The translations under genes and the position numbers were made by a program. A stretch of DNA of 62,969 nucleotides, the filler included, from Octopus bimaculoides (lineage: Eukaryota), in NCBI RefSeq assembly GCF_001194135.2. It is 6 parts of 6 records of this genome, joined end to end, with 100 filler letters (N's around TTAATTAATTAA, not from the genome) between each part and the next. Parts side by side here need not be neighbours in the genome. Positions count along the whole stretch, not along the records: positions 1 to 12,482 come from NC_068984.1; 5 more parts are not named here. The stretch is one strand, 5' to 3'. Positions 1 through 12,341 of this stretch are shown here, piece by piece. The notes below the pieces were generated by a model. It was not told the origin of the DNA. It did no database searches and was given only the letters and a program-made list of their open reading frames with translations. Numbering within the stretch: the first letter of the stretch is position 1; every line of letters begins with the position of its first letter.

Positions 1-250
1 GAAAACCGAGGTAAGGCGATTACATCTACTCGTACGCACACACCACAGGCAGTACCTATTACAAAAACGTCACAGCAAATAGTAGCTTCAGTGACATGAT
101 TACTTATAAATCACATCCACCAACTCCCAACATAAAAATAGGTTCCGGAATACATCTGGTTCAACTCACCTTTCTCCCTAAAAATAAAGACAGATATGCG
201 TATTAGCTACCCAGGTTTAATAAACATTTTTCAGACAGCATCATTAAAGG
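1..250 (+). mobile_element. Possible decayed LINE ORF1 remnant
   Basis: Fragments KTEVRRLHLLV and HPPTPNIKIGSGIHLVQLT loosely resemble L1/Tx1-type ORF1 sequence; multiple stops. Confidence 0.2.
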
Positions 251-790
251 ACTGTTTAAATAGAAATAGCATGAAAATGATTATAGTGGTGAACCTAGTA
301 TGATTGATGTATTAGCAAATACAGCTCCAACACTCACAGCTGAGATGTGTGCATTCAGGAATAAGGAATGATAATCGTTGAAACAGTGCTATAACACCAA
401 AAGAGTGAGGTATGAGGTGGAAGTCAATACCCTTAATACAAACTAGAAAACGGAAATCACAATTTAAGATGTTCCAAGATGGAAGAACCATTGTATTGGT
501 GGGAGAAAAGAAATGAATATAACTAAGCATCACATTAACTGTTGTTTGAGAAATATGAACGATTGTAGCATGAATGAACTGGACTGCCACTAACTAAAAA
601 AAAACTACACCGACAGATGACACTCATATTCGTTCCCTCTCTCTCCATCCCTCCTCTCTCTTTCTCTTTCTCTATCCCTCCCTCTCTCTCCGTCCCTCCT
701 CTCTCTCCTTCTCTCATGCCTACAAAACTACACTAGTGTTTGAAAAAAAAACTTTCTTTCATTTCTCCGTAGTACCCTATTGGCATAAAG

Positions 791-1090
791 AGGCGTGGCT
801 TAGTGGTTAGGGTACTTGTCCCATGGTCGTGGGTTCGATACTCAGCAGTGCGTTGTGCCCTTGAGCAAGACACATTATTTCACACTGCCCCAGCTCACTC
901 GGCTGGCAAAAATGATTTGTAATTTAAAGGGGCCGGTCTTGTTACATTCTGTGTCACGCTAAATTCCCCTGAGAACTATATTAAGGGTATGCGCATCTGT
1001 GGAGTACTCAACCACCAGCACGTTAAATTCATAAACAGATTGTTCTGTTGATTGAAACAATTGGAACCATCGCTGTCGCAGCCAACAGGG
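791..1090 (+). mobile_element. tRNA-derived SINE
   Basis: A box TGGCTTAGTGG (796-806), B box GGTTCGATA (832-840); the body is shared with the inverted copies at 26.3-27.1 kb. Confidence 0.75.
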
Positions 1091-1320
1091 TACCAGTTAC
1101 TCTTTTGGGTCCAATTCAATCTTTTAAGAATAAAGACATTCTCCTGAAACAAAGCTAAGACTACTTTCGTCATTCTCTGCTTCTCTGTTAATTTTATTTT
1201 CTTTAAATTAAAAACCTAAATACTGTGATTCTATTCAATTAATGTAAACGAATACACAATTAGGTGTTCCTCATTACCGAATACTTTCTCCTCGCGTTAT
1301 GCAATATTTTGAAATTCATT

Positions 1321-1510
1321 AAAGCAGCGAGTTGACAGAATCGTTAGCATGCCGGACAAAATGTTCTGAGGTCAAATTCCATTGGGGTTGACTTTACCTT
1401 TCATCCTTTCGGTGTCGATAAAATAAATACCAGTCAAGTACTGGGGTTGATGTAATCAACTTTGCCCCTCCCTTCAAATTGCTGGCCTTGTACCAAAATT
1501 TGAAACCAGT
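1321..1510 (+). mobile_element. SINE, family with gcagcgag(c/t)tggcagaa...ctttcatcc...aaatttgaaacc; other copies about 6750-6960, 30004-30240, 35890-36100, 37080-37470, 51560-51760, 56440-57080
   Basis: Repeated shared motifs across the window in both orientations. Confidence 0.7.
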
Positions 1511-2233
1511 ATTTTGGAATTCATACTTTGATGTGTCTTGATAAAAATGTCGATAGATGGGTTTCATTGGAAGTTTGTCAGTAAAATGGTTCTCTAACGA
1601 TTTGATAGGAATTATAAACTGTTCCAGAAACAAAAACATCTCTCAGAGAACTTGAACTCGAAATTTTGTCTTTGGCTCAACTGAGTCTGTGTGTATCTGG
1701 TACTAAATTCTTCATTGAAAGTCTGGTCTGAAGAATCATTAAATTATAGGCAAACATGTGTGTATGTGTGCGTGTGTGTGTGTGTGTGTGTGTGCGCGCG
1801 TACATACATGTGTTTAAAAAACTCAAACAAAAAAAAAAACAAAAAAAAAACAACAAAGACAACACTATAACAGAAGTGCACATTTCTAGTTTCCTCAGAA
1901 CTTGGTTACGAATTGAAGAAAGTCAACTTTTTGACAGGAAATCCTGTTTGTGATGAAAACATCTTCATCATTGCTAAGGAGCGACACAGTCGCAATTTAA
2001 ATAAATTGTCACATTGTTAGAATTTATTTAGTCATACAAACTACTGGTTTCTAAGGACTTGGATTGAAATTGGATCCTTGGCCTGGAAAAAGTTTGTAAA
2101 CAACCATGTTATGCAACTTTTGTCAATTAATCTTCTTTATAAAATATTTTATATTGTCAGTCTGTCTGTCTATCTTCATATTTATCTACCTACTTATATA
2201 TCCGTCTGTCTGCCTGTCTTTCTGTCTGTTTGC

Positions 2234-2294
<61 letters not shown>

Positions 2295-2822
2295 ACACGC
2301 ACACACACACACACTCACACATAGTTACTCATACGTGCAATGGAGCATAATAAAATATGCATCTCCCTATTTAAATGAAAGGTGCAAATGTAAACTTTGC
2401 GCTGCCAAATTAAGGGGAATACTTAAACATTCAAGTAATAAACCCTCAACAAATCTCGTAAACTTAGGATGAAATGTTCGCACGACATTAGGAACAGATT
2501 CTCATGATTTCAACTGAATATCTGAATATATTTTGAATACTTATTTTTAACTTCTTAGCTTCTATTTAACCATGCTTTGTAATGTAATTAAGTATACATG
2601 CCTCATTTAAGCATTATTAATCAATATGTCACTTTGTGCCATAGGCGTCCTCATTATGAATTCTTTTTATATCTGTATGCAACTTTTATATTCAATAATT
2701 GGTGAAATATTTGACAATCCATGCATGACTTCCTATCCTCTCTGTATGCTTTCTTTCTTCGTTTTTATTATCTTATATCTTTATAAAGTATGCGCGCGCG
2801 TGTGTGTGGTGTGTGTAAGAAT

Positions 2823-2858
<36 letters not shown>

Positions 2859-3349
2859 TACCTTCATTGTTGTTTACCTTACTATGAAATGTATGTTAGT
2901 GTACCTAGCTATTTCTGGCGTCGTACACAGTGTCGTGCCTCGGCTATAAATTAATTGAAAGGTACAAAAATTTATGGCTAATTCAGTGAAATGCTTCTGC
3001 ATATATTAAAAGCTAATATAAACAACTAAGCACAATATAATACCATAAAAGAAAAATTTAATGATAGGTGAAACTAGTCTAGTCTAGTAACCTTAGAGGT
3101 GTTCATGGGGTGGTTACCTCCCCCGTCAGTGTATAGATATTGTATGCTTCTTACAGCATTAAGAGTTTTTAACTCTTATTTCATGCAAAATAGCTGCTTC
3201 GGTACCATCAGTGACAATTAGTAATGATTAAATTTTTCCTTAATCATATTTTATTGCACCAAACTGTTTATAGTAATTTATATATATATAAATAAATGTT
3301 GTTTCTATGTCAAGTTATATATAAAAATAATTTCACACTAAATTGAAGT

Positions 3350-3557
3350 ATGTGTGTATGTGTGTCTGTTTGTCCCTGTCTCCATCGCTTGAAAACTGAT
3401 GCTAGTGTGTCTACATCCCCGTAACCTAGCAGTTCAGCAAAAGAGACCCAATAGAATAAGTACTAGACTTACAAAGAATAAGTCATGGGGTCGATTTGCT
3501 CGACTAAAAGGCGATGCTCCAGCATGGCTGTAGTCAAAGGACTGAAGCAAATAAAAA
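3350..3557 (+). mobile_element. SINE 3' portion (...tccagcatggc...gactgaa(a/g)caaataaaa)
   Basis: Near-identical to the 3' halves of the copies at 18260-18468 and 46270-46445. Confidence 0.7.
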
Positions 3558-3670
3558 AATATTATTCAATGCTTTGTCAGTAGAGTACATTTTTATTTAC
3601 TTTTACACGGAAAAGGTTGACAGCAACTTCGAAGTTTTGTCTTGCTTGCCTTTGTCAGATTTTCTGCACA

Positions 3671-4031
3671 TCTATATACATAAATGTGTGTGTGTTTGGG
3701 GGTTACTATAATTCCTCCCACACCGTCCAACCGATTTTAATGATTTTTGGCACATAGGTAGATCACATGTCCTGAAGTTCAAATAAGGCCGGAATTTTTT
3801 CAAAAACTCGATAATGCTCAGTTGGCATCGATTTTTGTGAGCTCAGTCGGGCGTTTGAATGGAAATTCCCATAACGATGTTATTTTTCCTGCAGCTTTTG
3901 CATTTTTTCACATGGAAAATTTCAACAAAATCGATAGAATGGTCTCTAAGGAAATGCTTATTCAATATAAGGTCAGAGGTGAGCTTAACTTCAACATGGA
4001 AAACACGAGCAACGCTGGGTCCAACAGTTAG
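3671..4031 (+). mobile_element. Non-autonomous Helitron-like element
   Basis: Inserted between A and T; 5' TCTATATACATAAATG followed by (TG)n and ccgattttaatgatttttgg; 3' acgagcaacgctgggtccaacagTTAG (degenerate CTAG end). Confidence 0.6.
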
Positions 4032-4093
4032 TATACACATAAATGCGTATGTGTATATGTATTTACGCAGACTGAAATATATATGTGGAGAAA

Positions 4094-4410
4094 TTAGTAT
4101 TCTTCATATTTTTTACGCCTGTATTTAGAAGGTAAAAACTGAACATCATAGTTGTCTTCAGAGTAATCACACTGAGTTGTACTCCGAGTATAAACTACAG
4201 CTTCACCAGAGAAGATATTCCTCCGGAGATAATTCGACCAGTCTCTGTAACGTAGTTGTGTTTGAATAGCTGATGGATCACAATGATTCAGTTGGCCTTG
4301 TATGTAATAGTTACCTCCCTTCTTCTCGCGGAACTCTTTTCTTTCAATCTTTGACATTGTTTCATTGACCATATTTTCGTTGTTCAATAATTCATTGCAG
4401 ACGGCGCTAC
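4094..4410 (-). CDS. TEX33: Terminal coding exon of a TEX33/CIMIP4-like ciliary microtubule inner protein
   Basis: Acceptor gtatctttttgtaccaacag|GT (phase 1); open to TAA at 4096-4094; encodes (G)SAVCNELLNNENMVNETMSK...YRDWSNYLRRNIFSGEAVVYTRSTTQCDY...EEY*. Joined to the upstream exon it gives LPRNIKHQF|GSAVCNELL, resembling the human TEX33 motifs IPNNIRHKFGSNVVDQLV and YYDLGYNMRSNLFRG...KSLMKASY (recalled from memory, not searched). Confidence 0.75.
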
Positions 4411-4552
4411 CTGTTGGTACAAAAAGATACGACTTTTAAGAATTATTAAAGCAATCAGATAACGATTTTACAGACAAGAATCCTATAATAACTGCTTATA
4501 TTAAATGAAACATTGTCAATGGATTTGGTAGGCAAGAAATGAAAGAAGCTTG

Positions 4553-4603
<51 letters not shown>

Positions 4604-4639
4604 TACCATCATCATCATCATCATCATTTGACGTCCATT

Positions 4640-5250
4640 TTCCATACTGGCTTGAGTTGTACAGTTTGAGAGGGGCTGGCAAGTAGGAAAGTTGCACGTG
4701 GCTCCACCTTACAGAGTGTACTGGCTGCCTTTTGTGTGGCACCAGCACTAGTGGGGTTGCCAAGTAACTTGCAAGACAAAGACCCCTTGGCTGGGAGAGT
4801 GAGTGGAACCGAGGGAGGTGGGTTTGCGTTGGTTGAGTGGTTAGGGACAGAAGTGGGTGCCTTGCTATGGAGGAGAAACCAGGTAGGAAAAGAAAAAAGG
4901 AGAGGAAAGTAAGATAGAATTAAGGAAAAATATAGAGAAACAAACAGTGTGAGAGAGAAAGAGAGGCAGGTAGGTAGATGGTGTTGGGGAAGCATTGAAA
5001 CATAACCACAAGGTACAGCATGAGGGAATATAAGTAGTACAGGGGGGAGAGATGTTTCATTACGTATTGTAACTCACGACCTTCCATCTGAATGGAATGG
5101 CAGTCTGTCACAGGGTTTATCAATTGACGGCTGAGTGGACTGGGGCAGTGTGAAATGAAGTGCCTTGCCCAAGGACACAATGCACTACTTGTCCTAGGAA
5201 CTGAAACCACGACCTTGCAATCATGAGTGCAACACCCTAACCACTAGGCA
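4640..5250 (-). mobile_element. SINE, split into about 4640-4870 and 5080-5250 by purine-rich sequence
   Basis: Reverse-complement tRNA-like head (cctagtggttagggtgttgcactcatgattgcaaggtcgtggtttc). Confidence 0.55.
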
Positions 5251-5279
5251 AAGCACTAGGATGGAAAAGTGGATATAAA

Positions 5280-5506
5280 ATGGTGATGAGGATGGTGATG
5301 ATGATGACTACAACAACAGTGACAATGATGACAATGACAACGATGATGATGATGATGATGATGGTGATGGTGAAGACGATGATGACGATGATGATGATGA
5401 GGATGATGATAATGGTGATGAAGATGATGGTGATGCTGCTGCTGTTACAGATGATGATGACGACTACGGTGGCAGTGGCGAAGATGGCGGTGACGACGAT
5501 GGTGCT

Positions 5507-5537
<31 letters not shown>

Positions 5538-5553
5538 ATGGTGATAAAAATAA
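5280..5553. repeat. Compound (GAT/GGT/GCT)n trinucleotide tract in the TEX33-like intron
   Basis: Directly visible; source of the poly-M and poly-H ORFs. Confidence 0.95.
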
Positions 5554-5572
5554 AATGTTTTCAGAAAATTAC

Positions 5573-6058
5573 CAAACTGATGTTTAATATTTCTGGGTAA
5601 TTTTGGTCGTTCATAAATGTCAATTGGTGATGCCACTTGTGGGATTGTCTGTCTTCTATTTGATGGGATTCTTTGGAAAAGTTCTCTTTCACTGTTGTCG
5701 GCATTATGATTAATTTCAGTCAGAAGAAACTGTGTTCTTGGTGTTTCAGATCTGTGGGACATTGAGACATGTCTTGGCAAATGGTAAGAATTGCTGGAAG
5801 CACTTCTAAGAAGTCTGTCACTGTGGAAATAATCATTTTCATCATCATCAAAATATTTACACCTGTTAATTGCTTTCACCTGCGGATTGATTTTTTGGTT
5901 GGTGAAGTTACTGGAAGAAGGAGGGGTTCTAATAGTCTGTTCTTTAGCACTAAATGTTAAATAAACTTTGGTGGTCTTTTGCCAATCCTTCATAAATGTT
6001 GCTAATTTCTTCTTTTGCCTTTTATATTTATCTTCAGCATCCCGGAGAGTGTAGTAAT
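5573..6058 (-). CDS. TEX33: Internal coding exon of the TEX33/CIMIP4-like gene
   Basis: Acceptor ttctttccacag|AT TAC TAC; donor CAG TTT G|gtaatt; 486 nt, phase 1-1, no stops; YYTLRDAEDKYKRQKKKLATFMKDWQK...YERPKLPRNIKHQF; phase matches the 4410 exon. Confidence 0.78.
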
Positions 6059-6294
6059 CTGTGGAAAGAATATGCAAATATGACATAGAATGGATGGGCA
6101 GATATGGAAGGGTGGGTAGACCTAATGCTAAGGATATTTAATCATCATCATCATTTTATGTCCACGTTTCCTTGTGGATATGGGTTGAGCAAGTCCCATC
6201 ACATGTTAAAGAGCATGGCATGTGGCACAACACACACACACACACACAAACACTCAGACAGAATTGTCCATTTTTGTGGTTGTGAATGACTTAC

Positions 6295-6323
6295 AGTGGA
6301 TGTATTTCTTTGGTCTCACAACA
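6295..6323 (-). CDS. Candidate upstream micro-exon or 5' exon end of the TEX33-like gene (VVRPKKYIH)
   Basis: Strong donor CACT|gtaagt at 6294, ending in phase 1 as the 6058 exon requires. The acceptor is uncertain (ctctccag at 6325/6324), and an in-frame TAA further upstream means the exon could partly be 5' UTR. Confidence 0.3.
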
Positions 6324-6955
6324 CTGGAGAGGTTGTCTTATGCCTCAAGGGAGACTAGAATCTCCCCTTTCTCCATCATTGCTTTCCTAGTGTTATGTGT
6401 TATGATGTCTCTCGAATCAACATAAATCCATAAAACTAGCAATTATCTAATGATTCATTGCTAACGAACGATACACAAATTGAAATGGAACGCTAGTTTA
6501 TTACTGGTATCATAACAAAATTAAATCTGTATTCCATGTTAGATGAGTGAACAAAATCATTTAGAATTAATGGTAGCATCAGGCCCAGGCAATCCTGGGC
6601 TTCCAAAAGACATCCAGGGTTTGCAAAGCATCATTTTTATTTTCAATATAACCTCATTTCTTCCATGTTTATGAATGAAAGAAAAAAAAACAAATGCCTG
6701 GTCCTGCTGCTGATGTTGTTGTTGTTGTTGTTATCATTTAGGTGGGGTGGGGGAGCCGACAGAATTGTTATTGCACCCTGATAAACTGCTTAACAGTATT
6801 TCTTCTGGCTTTACGTTCTGAGTTCAAATGCTGCCAAGGTGAACTTTGCATGTCGTCCTTTTAAGATCATTAAAATAAGTACCAGTTACGCACTGGGTTG
6901 ATGATATCCACTTACCCCTCCCCCAAAACTGCTGGCCTTGTGCCAAAATTTGAAG

Positions 6956-6996
<41 letters not shown>

Positions 6997-7280
6997 GAGT
7001 GAAAGAGCAGCACATGCTATCAAAGTGATGCTGAGATATAAATATACGAAGAGTGCAGTGTACCCATCATGACTACTCGTCTGATAAGGGTACACCAGGC
7101 ACATGCAACATCATGATCATATGTACACAACATGGTGATCTTATCAGAAGACATGAGAGACACTGCTTGGTACAGCATCAGGACATTAGTATTGTTGTTG
7201 TTGTTGTTATTATTGTTATCTTGCAGCAAACTTTGACATTTTATGCAATCAGGATCAGGTGTTGTACAATCATTCTTTCA

Positions 7281-7323
<43 letters not shown>

Positions 7324-7404
7324 ATTTATTGATGTTATTCTTTTGGAAACCCAATGATCATTTTATCAGTGAAAGAGAACAACTTTGTTATTGTGTGCGT
7401 GTGC

Positions 7405-7440
<36 letters not shown>

Positions 7441-8852
7441 ATGCATGTATGTATATGTCTATGTATGTATGGGTGTGTGCATGTGTTTGTGTGTATACAG
7501 TGACATAAACTAATTTAACTAATTATCTGAGACAGTTACCTGAATAAAAATGCTTGTTTCTATTCATGTTATCAGTTCTGCTGTCAATGTATCACTGGAG
7601 ATAACTAAAACCACATCTACATACGATATTATCAGATTGAGATGATAACAAAGCAAGAAGTGTTTCTGATTGGCTGAAACAGAGAAAACAAAAACAAAAA
7701 AAGAAGCACAGTAAAATGAAACTTGTGTGAAATAAAATTTTGTTATTTTCTGGTTGAAAAGGAAGGAAACTGTCCAAAATATTAGCCATCCTAGTGTGAA
7801 ATAACTGAGCTGTGTGCGAGCAGTAAGTGTTACAGTTGAGCTGATGCTGGTTGGTACATTTGCTGCGGCAGAGAATAGAGAGGAAGTGAGTTCAAGATGA
7901 GTGAAGAGATGCAGAATTTTCATTCTTTATTTTTTACTTTAGAAAGTAAGATAGAATGAGGGTGTGGAGGAGAGTTAAGGATGGGAAGTTGTTTTAGTTA
8001 TTACAGCTTAGGCCATGCTGGAGCACCACCATCAAATATGCTGTATCCTTCAAATATATTTAGCTGGAGAATTGGTGGGGAGGGGCACCATTGGAATAAC
8101 AAATTCTGAAGACCACTGCTAAGGAGAAGAAGCAGTGAGCATTTAAAACTTAATAGTTTCTGGATGGTTCACCTACCAAACTAATTACCTTGGCTACACA
8201 CCCGTACAAACACGTACATGCACACCTGTTTGATCTTAATTATTCACTTCAATGACATATCAATATTTCTTGAAGATGATTAACAACATGAAGAAGATGA
8301 TTATTGCAATAAAAACTACTCCAATGAACTCAATTTTACTTATGTCTTAGAAGCTCAATACTTGACATGGATAACTCTGCTTGTCATACCAGTAATATAC
8401 AAAACTCATTCCATGTTTGAACAAATGAAATCAATATTATTATGTTTTGGTGAATTTAATTTGCTGAATCCTGAGTTTATCTTTGTTTCCAATTTCACTT
8501 GTAGATTTTTTTTTACTTTGATCATTATCTCATCCATCTTCTGTTCTTTGTATTTTCTCACCAATAGTTCCATAAGCCTAAATCATACAATATATTCATG
8601 TTCTTCAGTTCTAAAAATGGTTCTACAGTCAATGAAACTAGGTTTTCTGTCCAAGGAAACATTGTCTTTTGATTGATAATTCCAGTTTTAATGTCTGGAA
8701 CTGCTGAATTTAACTGATTCTAAAAAACTAAGTAATTTATAATTCCCTTAGACTTGATCTTAATAATTTTAGATCAACTTGTCTAAATGACAATCAAAAG
8801 AAGTATTTTACTTAACTTATCAGGATTCTTTCAAGTTTCAGGAATTAACTTT

Positions 8853-8990
8853 GGCTGCGTGGCTAAGAACTTTGCTTTAGAATCACATGATTCTGAATTT
8901 GATTGGGCAAGTATCTTCTGCTACAGCCTTGACTTTACCAATTCTTGTGAGTGGAATTTGGCAAACAAAACTGTGCAGAATCTCATTATA
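8853..8990 (+). mobile_element. Degenerate SINE 5' part
   Basis: Aligns by eye to the 34527-34690 copy (ggctgcgtggctaagaac...gggcaagtatcttctgctacagcc...cttgtgagtgga). Confidence 0.5.
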
Positions 8991-10039
8991 TACCATTATT
9001 TTAAACACAATTCTCATGAGTTGAATGGGTTTTCAGGGCCCAAATCATTTCTTACTCAGAGTTCTTGCTCTCCATGATGGGTCAGAAAACTATGTCTCAC
9101 TCATATACTCCACTTTGGGGTGGTTTCTATAAAGCTAGATGTCCTTCCTAATGTCAACAAAATTAGATGCATTTTATCAGGAGAAGACTGAAGGGTTCTC
9201 TTGATGCTGGCGCTGTCTGCACTTGATTGTTGGTGACATCACAAAGGTGCATTTTATTGTGGAACCAGCATAAGAGAAATTGCCCCCTGTCCTTTGCATG
9301 GCTGTAGGGTCCTCTACATCATTTCAGTTCATTTTGTGATGAAAAAGTTGAACAAGATAAGAAGGTGGTGACAGAGATGAATTAGAATACAAGAATGAAA
9401 GGAACAAGAGTATGACAGGAGTGAGAGAATAGTAGAGAGGGAAACAATGGAAGAAAGACAGGAATGGGAGGAATGGGAGGTAGAGAGGTAGAGAGAGAGG
9501 GAGAAAGAGGGAGAGAGAGGGAGGGAGGGAGAGAGAGAGAGACACACACACACACAGACAGAGAGAAATAAAGAGAGAGGGGGAGAGAGGGAGTGAGAGA
9601 GAGAAAGAGAGAGTGATGAGTAGTGACAGAGGCGGACAATGGTAAGAAAGAGCGATTGATGTCAATAACGAGTAACTGGGATGAGAGGGAGTGATGGCCA
9701 GATGTGCAGAGGTCTTGTGATACTGGGATGTATCCAGTATGAACGGCTTTGATGTAATCCCTCATTACACTGACATCATGATGGGAGAGGGAGGTGGAGT
9801 GATGAGGATGGAGGTAGGGGAGGTTTAGAAATAGATTTAATGCAATTCCATGTTACATGAGCAGCATGGTAGAGTGAAAAGAAGAGAGAGGCTGAGTGAT
9901 AGAGAGATGAGAAGAGGATATTGTAGAAGTCGTGGAGAGCAGCAGATGGAGACTCAACTGGAATATAATGCAAGAGAGACCAATCATATGTAGACTGATC
10001 ATCCATCCTGTTTATCATTATTTTCACCCATTGGTGGAT

Positions 10040-10260
10040 TTCTTCTCCAGTACCACATGTTATCAAGCATCATGGTCCATTGTCCTCTGCTTCATAAATA
10101 CTCACATCTTGATTATTTCATCCTATGTCTTCCTAAGGTTCTCACTTCCACATGTTACATTCATTTTGGGCACTTAGCATATCTTTTTCCCAATGCAGTC
10201 CTCCCATCTCCCATCTGCATCACATGTCTGTGCAAGTACATCTCTTCCCTTGCACATAAA
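10040..10260 (-). mobile_element. RTE-type LINE 3' remnant
   Basis: Degenerate TCG...RKT*DEII, resembling the RTE C-terminal GRGRPRKTWDE motif. Confidence 0.35.
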
Positions 10261-10819
10261 GTGCACTTGTGTTGGTGCCATATAAAATTCACTCGTGTCA
10301 GTGGCATGTAATGGCGCTTAAAAACACCCAGCACACTCTTGTAAAGCGACTGGCATTAGGAAGGGTGTCCAGCCATAGAAGCCTTGCCAAAACAGACAGT
10401 TGGAGCCTGGACAGCTCTATGGCTGACCAGCTCCTGTTAAACCGTCCAACCCATGCCAGCTTGGAAAATGGATGTTAAATGATAATGATGATGATGGCGA
10501 CGGCGACAACAACGTATATGGTGATGGCAGATGAGCTCCTGAATTAACGTGTAAGTGGCTGAGTATTCCATATACACGTGTAGAATCAGGTAGAATCAAT
10601 GTGACGCACATTGTGTGACAAGACTGAGATCAGGAGCAATCCATTCGAGGAGCTTCTGTACAGTTTCACTTTTACAGAATTTAGATCAACACGAGGTTAA
10701 GGAATATTAAGGATATTTGTCTAAGACGTCACGGAGTGTGACAGAACCCGGGACTCCGTGGTTGCAAGGGGAACTTCTCAACCATTCGTCGCGCGTGCGC
10801 ACAGACAGACAGACAGACA

Positions 10820-10916
<97 letters not shown>

Positions 10917-11645
10917 ATTTACGATAAATTCCTCTTAAAAAATGATGAAAAATACCATAAAAACATATACATCTGTTCTATTAGAATCGTGAATTAATTC
11001 TTTACAAAAAAAAAAAAAATATAGATTGAAAAATTATTATTAAAACATTTTCAAGAAACTTTCCAACAGATCGTAATATAAAACTGATTAACTACTTTTA
11101 ATAAACGATATCTCCGAAAAATTATTACCATTTCTTTCATTCGTTGTTTTCGTTCTTCAGCCTTTCATGAGAAATCGACACATTTCCCGTGGTTTTGCAT
11201 ATTGTTTTAGCAACTCGTAACTAAGTAATTGAGAAACGTACTCGTGACGTAGATCCCACTTTTATTATTGTACGCACAGCTTGATCACGAAACACACACA
11301 CCTGTGTTCCTTTCGTGTTTTCATCCCAACATTGCTCTGACTTTTATTTGTAAGTTTATTTTGTTTCCGTTCGTTCGTTGTAATGTAGACTTACATCTTC
11401 TTACCATTCCATACATCTGTAATACATCCGTCTTTACATTACCTTTTTTTATGTTACATTCCACAAACTCTTCTTTTTCTGTTTGTTATTTTACACTTTC
11501 GATAGATTTGACCTTCTTAAACATTACGCGTGTTTATATGCAAACACATGTAGCGAATCTAAAAACTGTTAACCGATTCCAAAGGAGTTTATCGTGAAGG
11601 GATGCGATGTACGATGAATAGCGATTCCTTTCATACTGACCCTAC

Positions 11646-11835
11646 TTTTTCGTGACTCTTTTCGAAGGAGAAAGTCTGGGGGTAGGATATTTTGGAGTTT
11701 GAGTTGTTCCTACTGAGTGATCGAAAGATTCCGGACTTGTGTCCAGACACTGGCTCCTTGATATGGGCGTAATAGCTTATTCCACTTTGCTGTAAATCCT
11801 TGCCCTGCTTCATAGATACTTCTTGCAGCAGTAAA
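11646..11835 (-). CDS. Candidate exon of unknown protein (LLLQEVSMKQGKDLQQSGISYYAHIKEPV...FEKSHEK)
   Basis: Acceptor tttttgttttttaaatgtag|T; 63 open codons to donor AAA|gtaggg. A second frame (FTAARSIYEAGQGFTAKWNKLL...) is open to an alternative donor CA|gtagga at 11713. Unique, non-repetitive sequence. Confidence 0.35.
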
Positions 11836-12341
11836 CTACATTTAAAAAACAAAAAACAAACATATTTGAGTATTGCTAATGTTTTGTACTAAATTCAAAT
11901 TTGCTTTAACCGTTTAACTTCGTCGGTGGAATATTTTCTAAATTAATTTTTATTGCAAGATTTCATGCGGAAAATTTTTATCTTACTCTCGCAGTTCGTC
12001 TTGAGTAAAATGTTCTTACCCAGACTTGAGGTTAATTTCCGCAGGAGATAATTGAACCCCAGTAAATTACTGATACTGATTTTGAAAGGCTTCGTTTTTG
12101 ATTTTATTACTCTGTGTAGTAAAAATTAAAGTCAGACTCAGTTTCAATGTAGAGATTTTATTGGTTTGTTAGAAGAGCAGGGACAAACCCATGACCTTTG
12201 TAAAGGTGCAAAGAAGGTGAAATTGATGGGGTTGGTGTTCCGTTTCGGTCAGTATCTATAGGATGCCTTCGTTTTAAAATTAATCCAGAAAGGTGTTTTG
12301 TGAGGGATTTCCAAGTACTGGGCCAATAAGATTTAGTTTGG

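Noticed and set aside
312-590. 92-aa minus ORF
   Set aside because: No family motif and no convincing splice pair.
7564-7923. 119-aa hydrophobic minus ORF (GPI- or TM-like tail)
   Set aside because: The hydrophobicity comes from antisense A-rich sequence; no compatible neighbouring exon or family motif.
11201-11214. RFX X-box-like ATTGTTTTAGCAAC upstream of a ciliary gene
   Set aside because: Only one good half-site, about 5 kb from the known exons; expected by chance.
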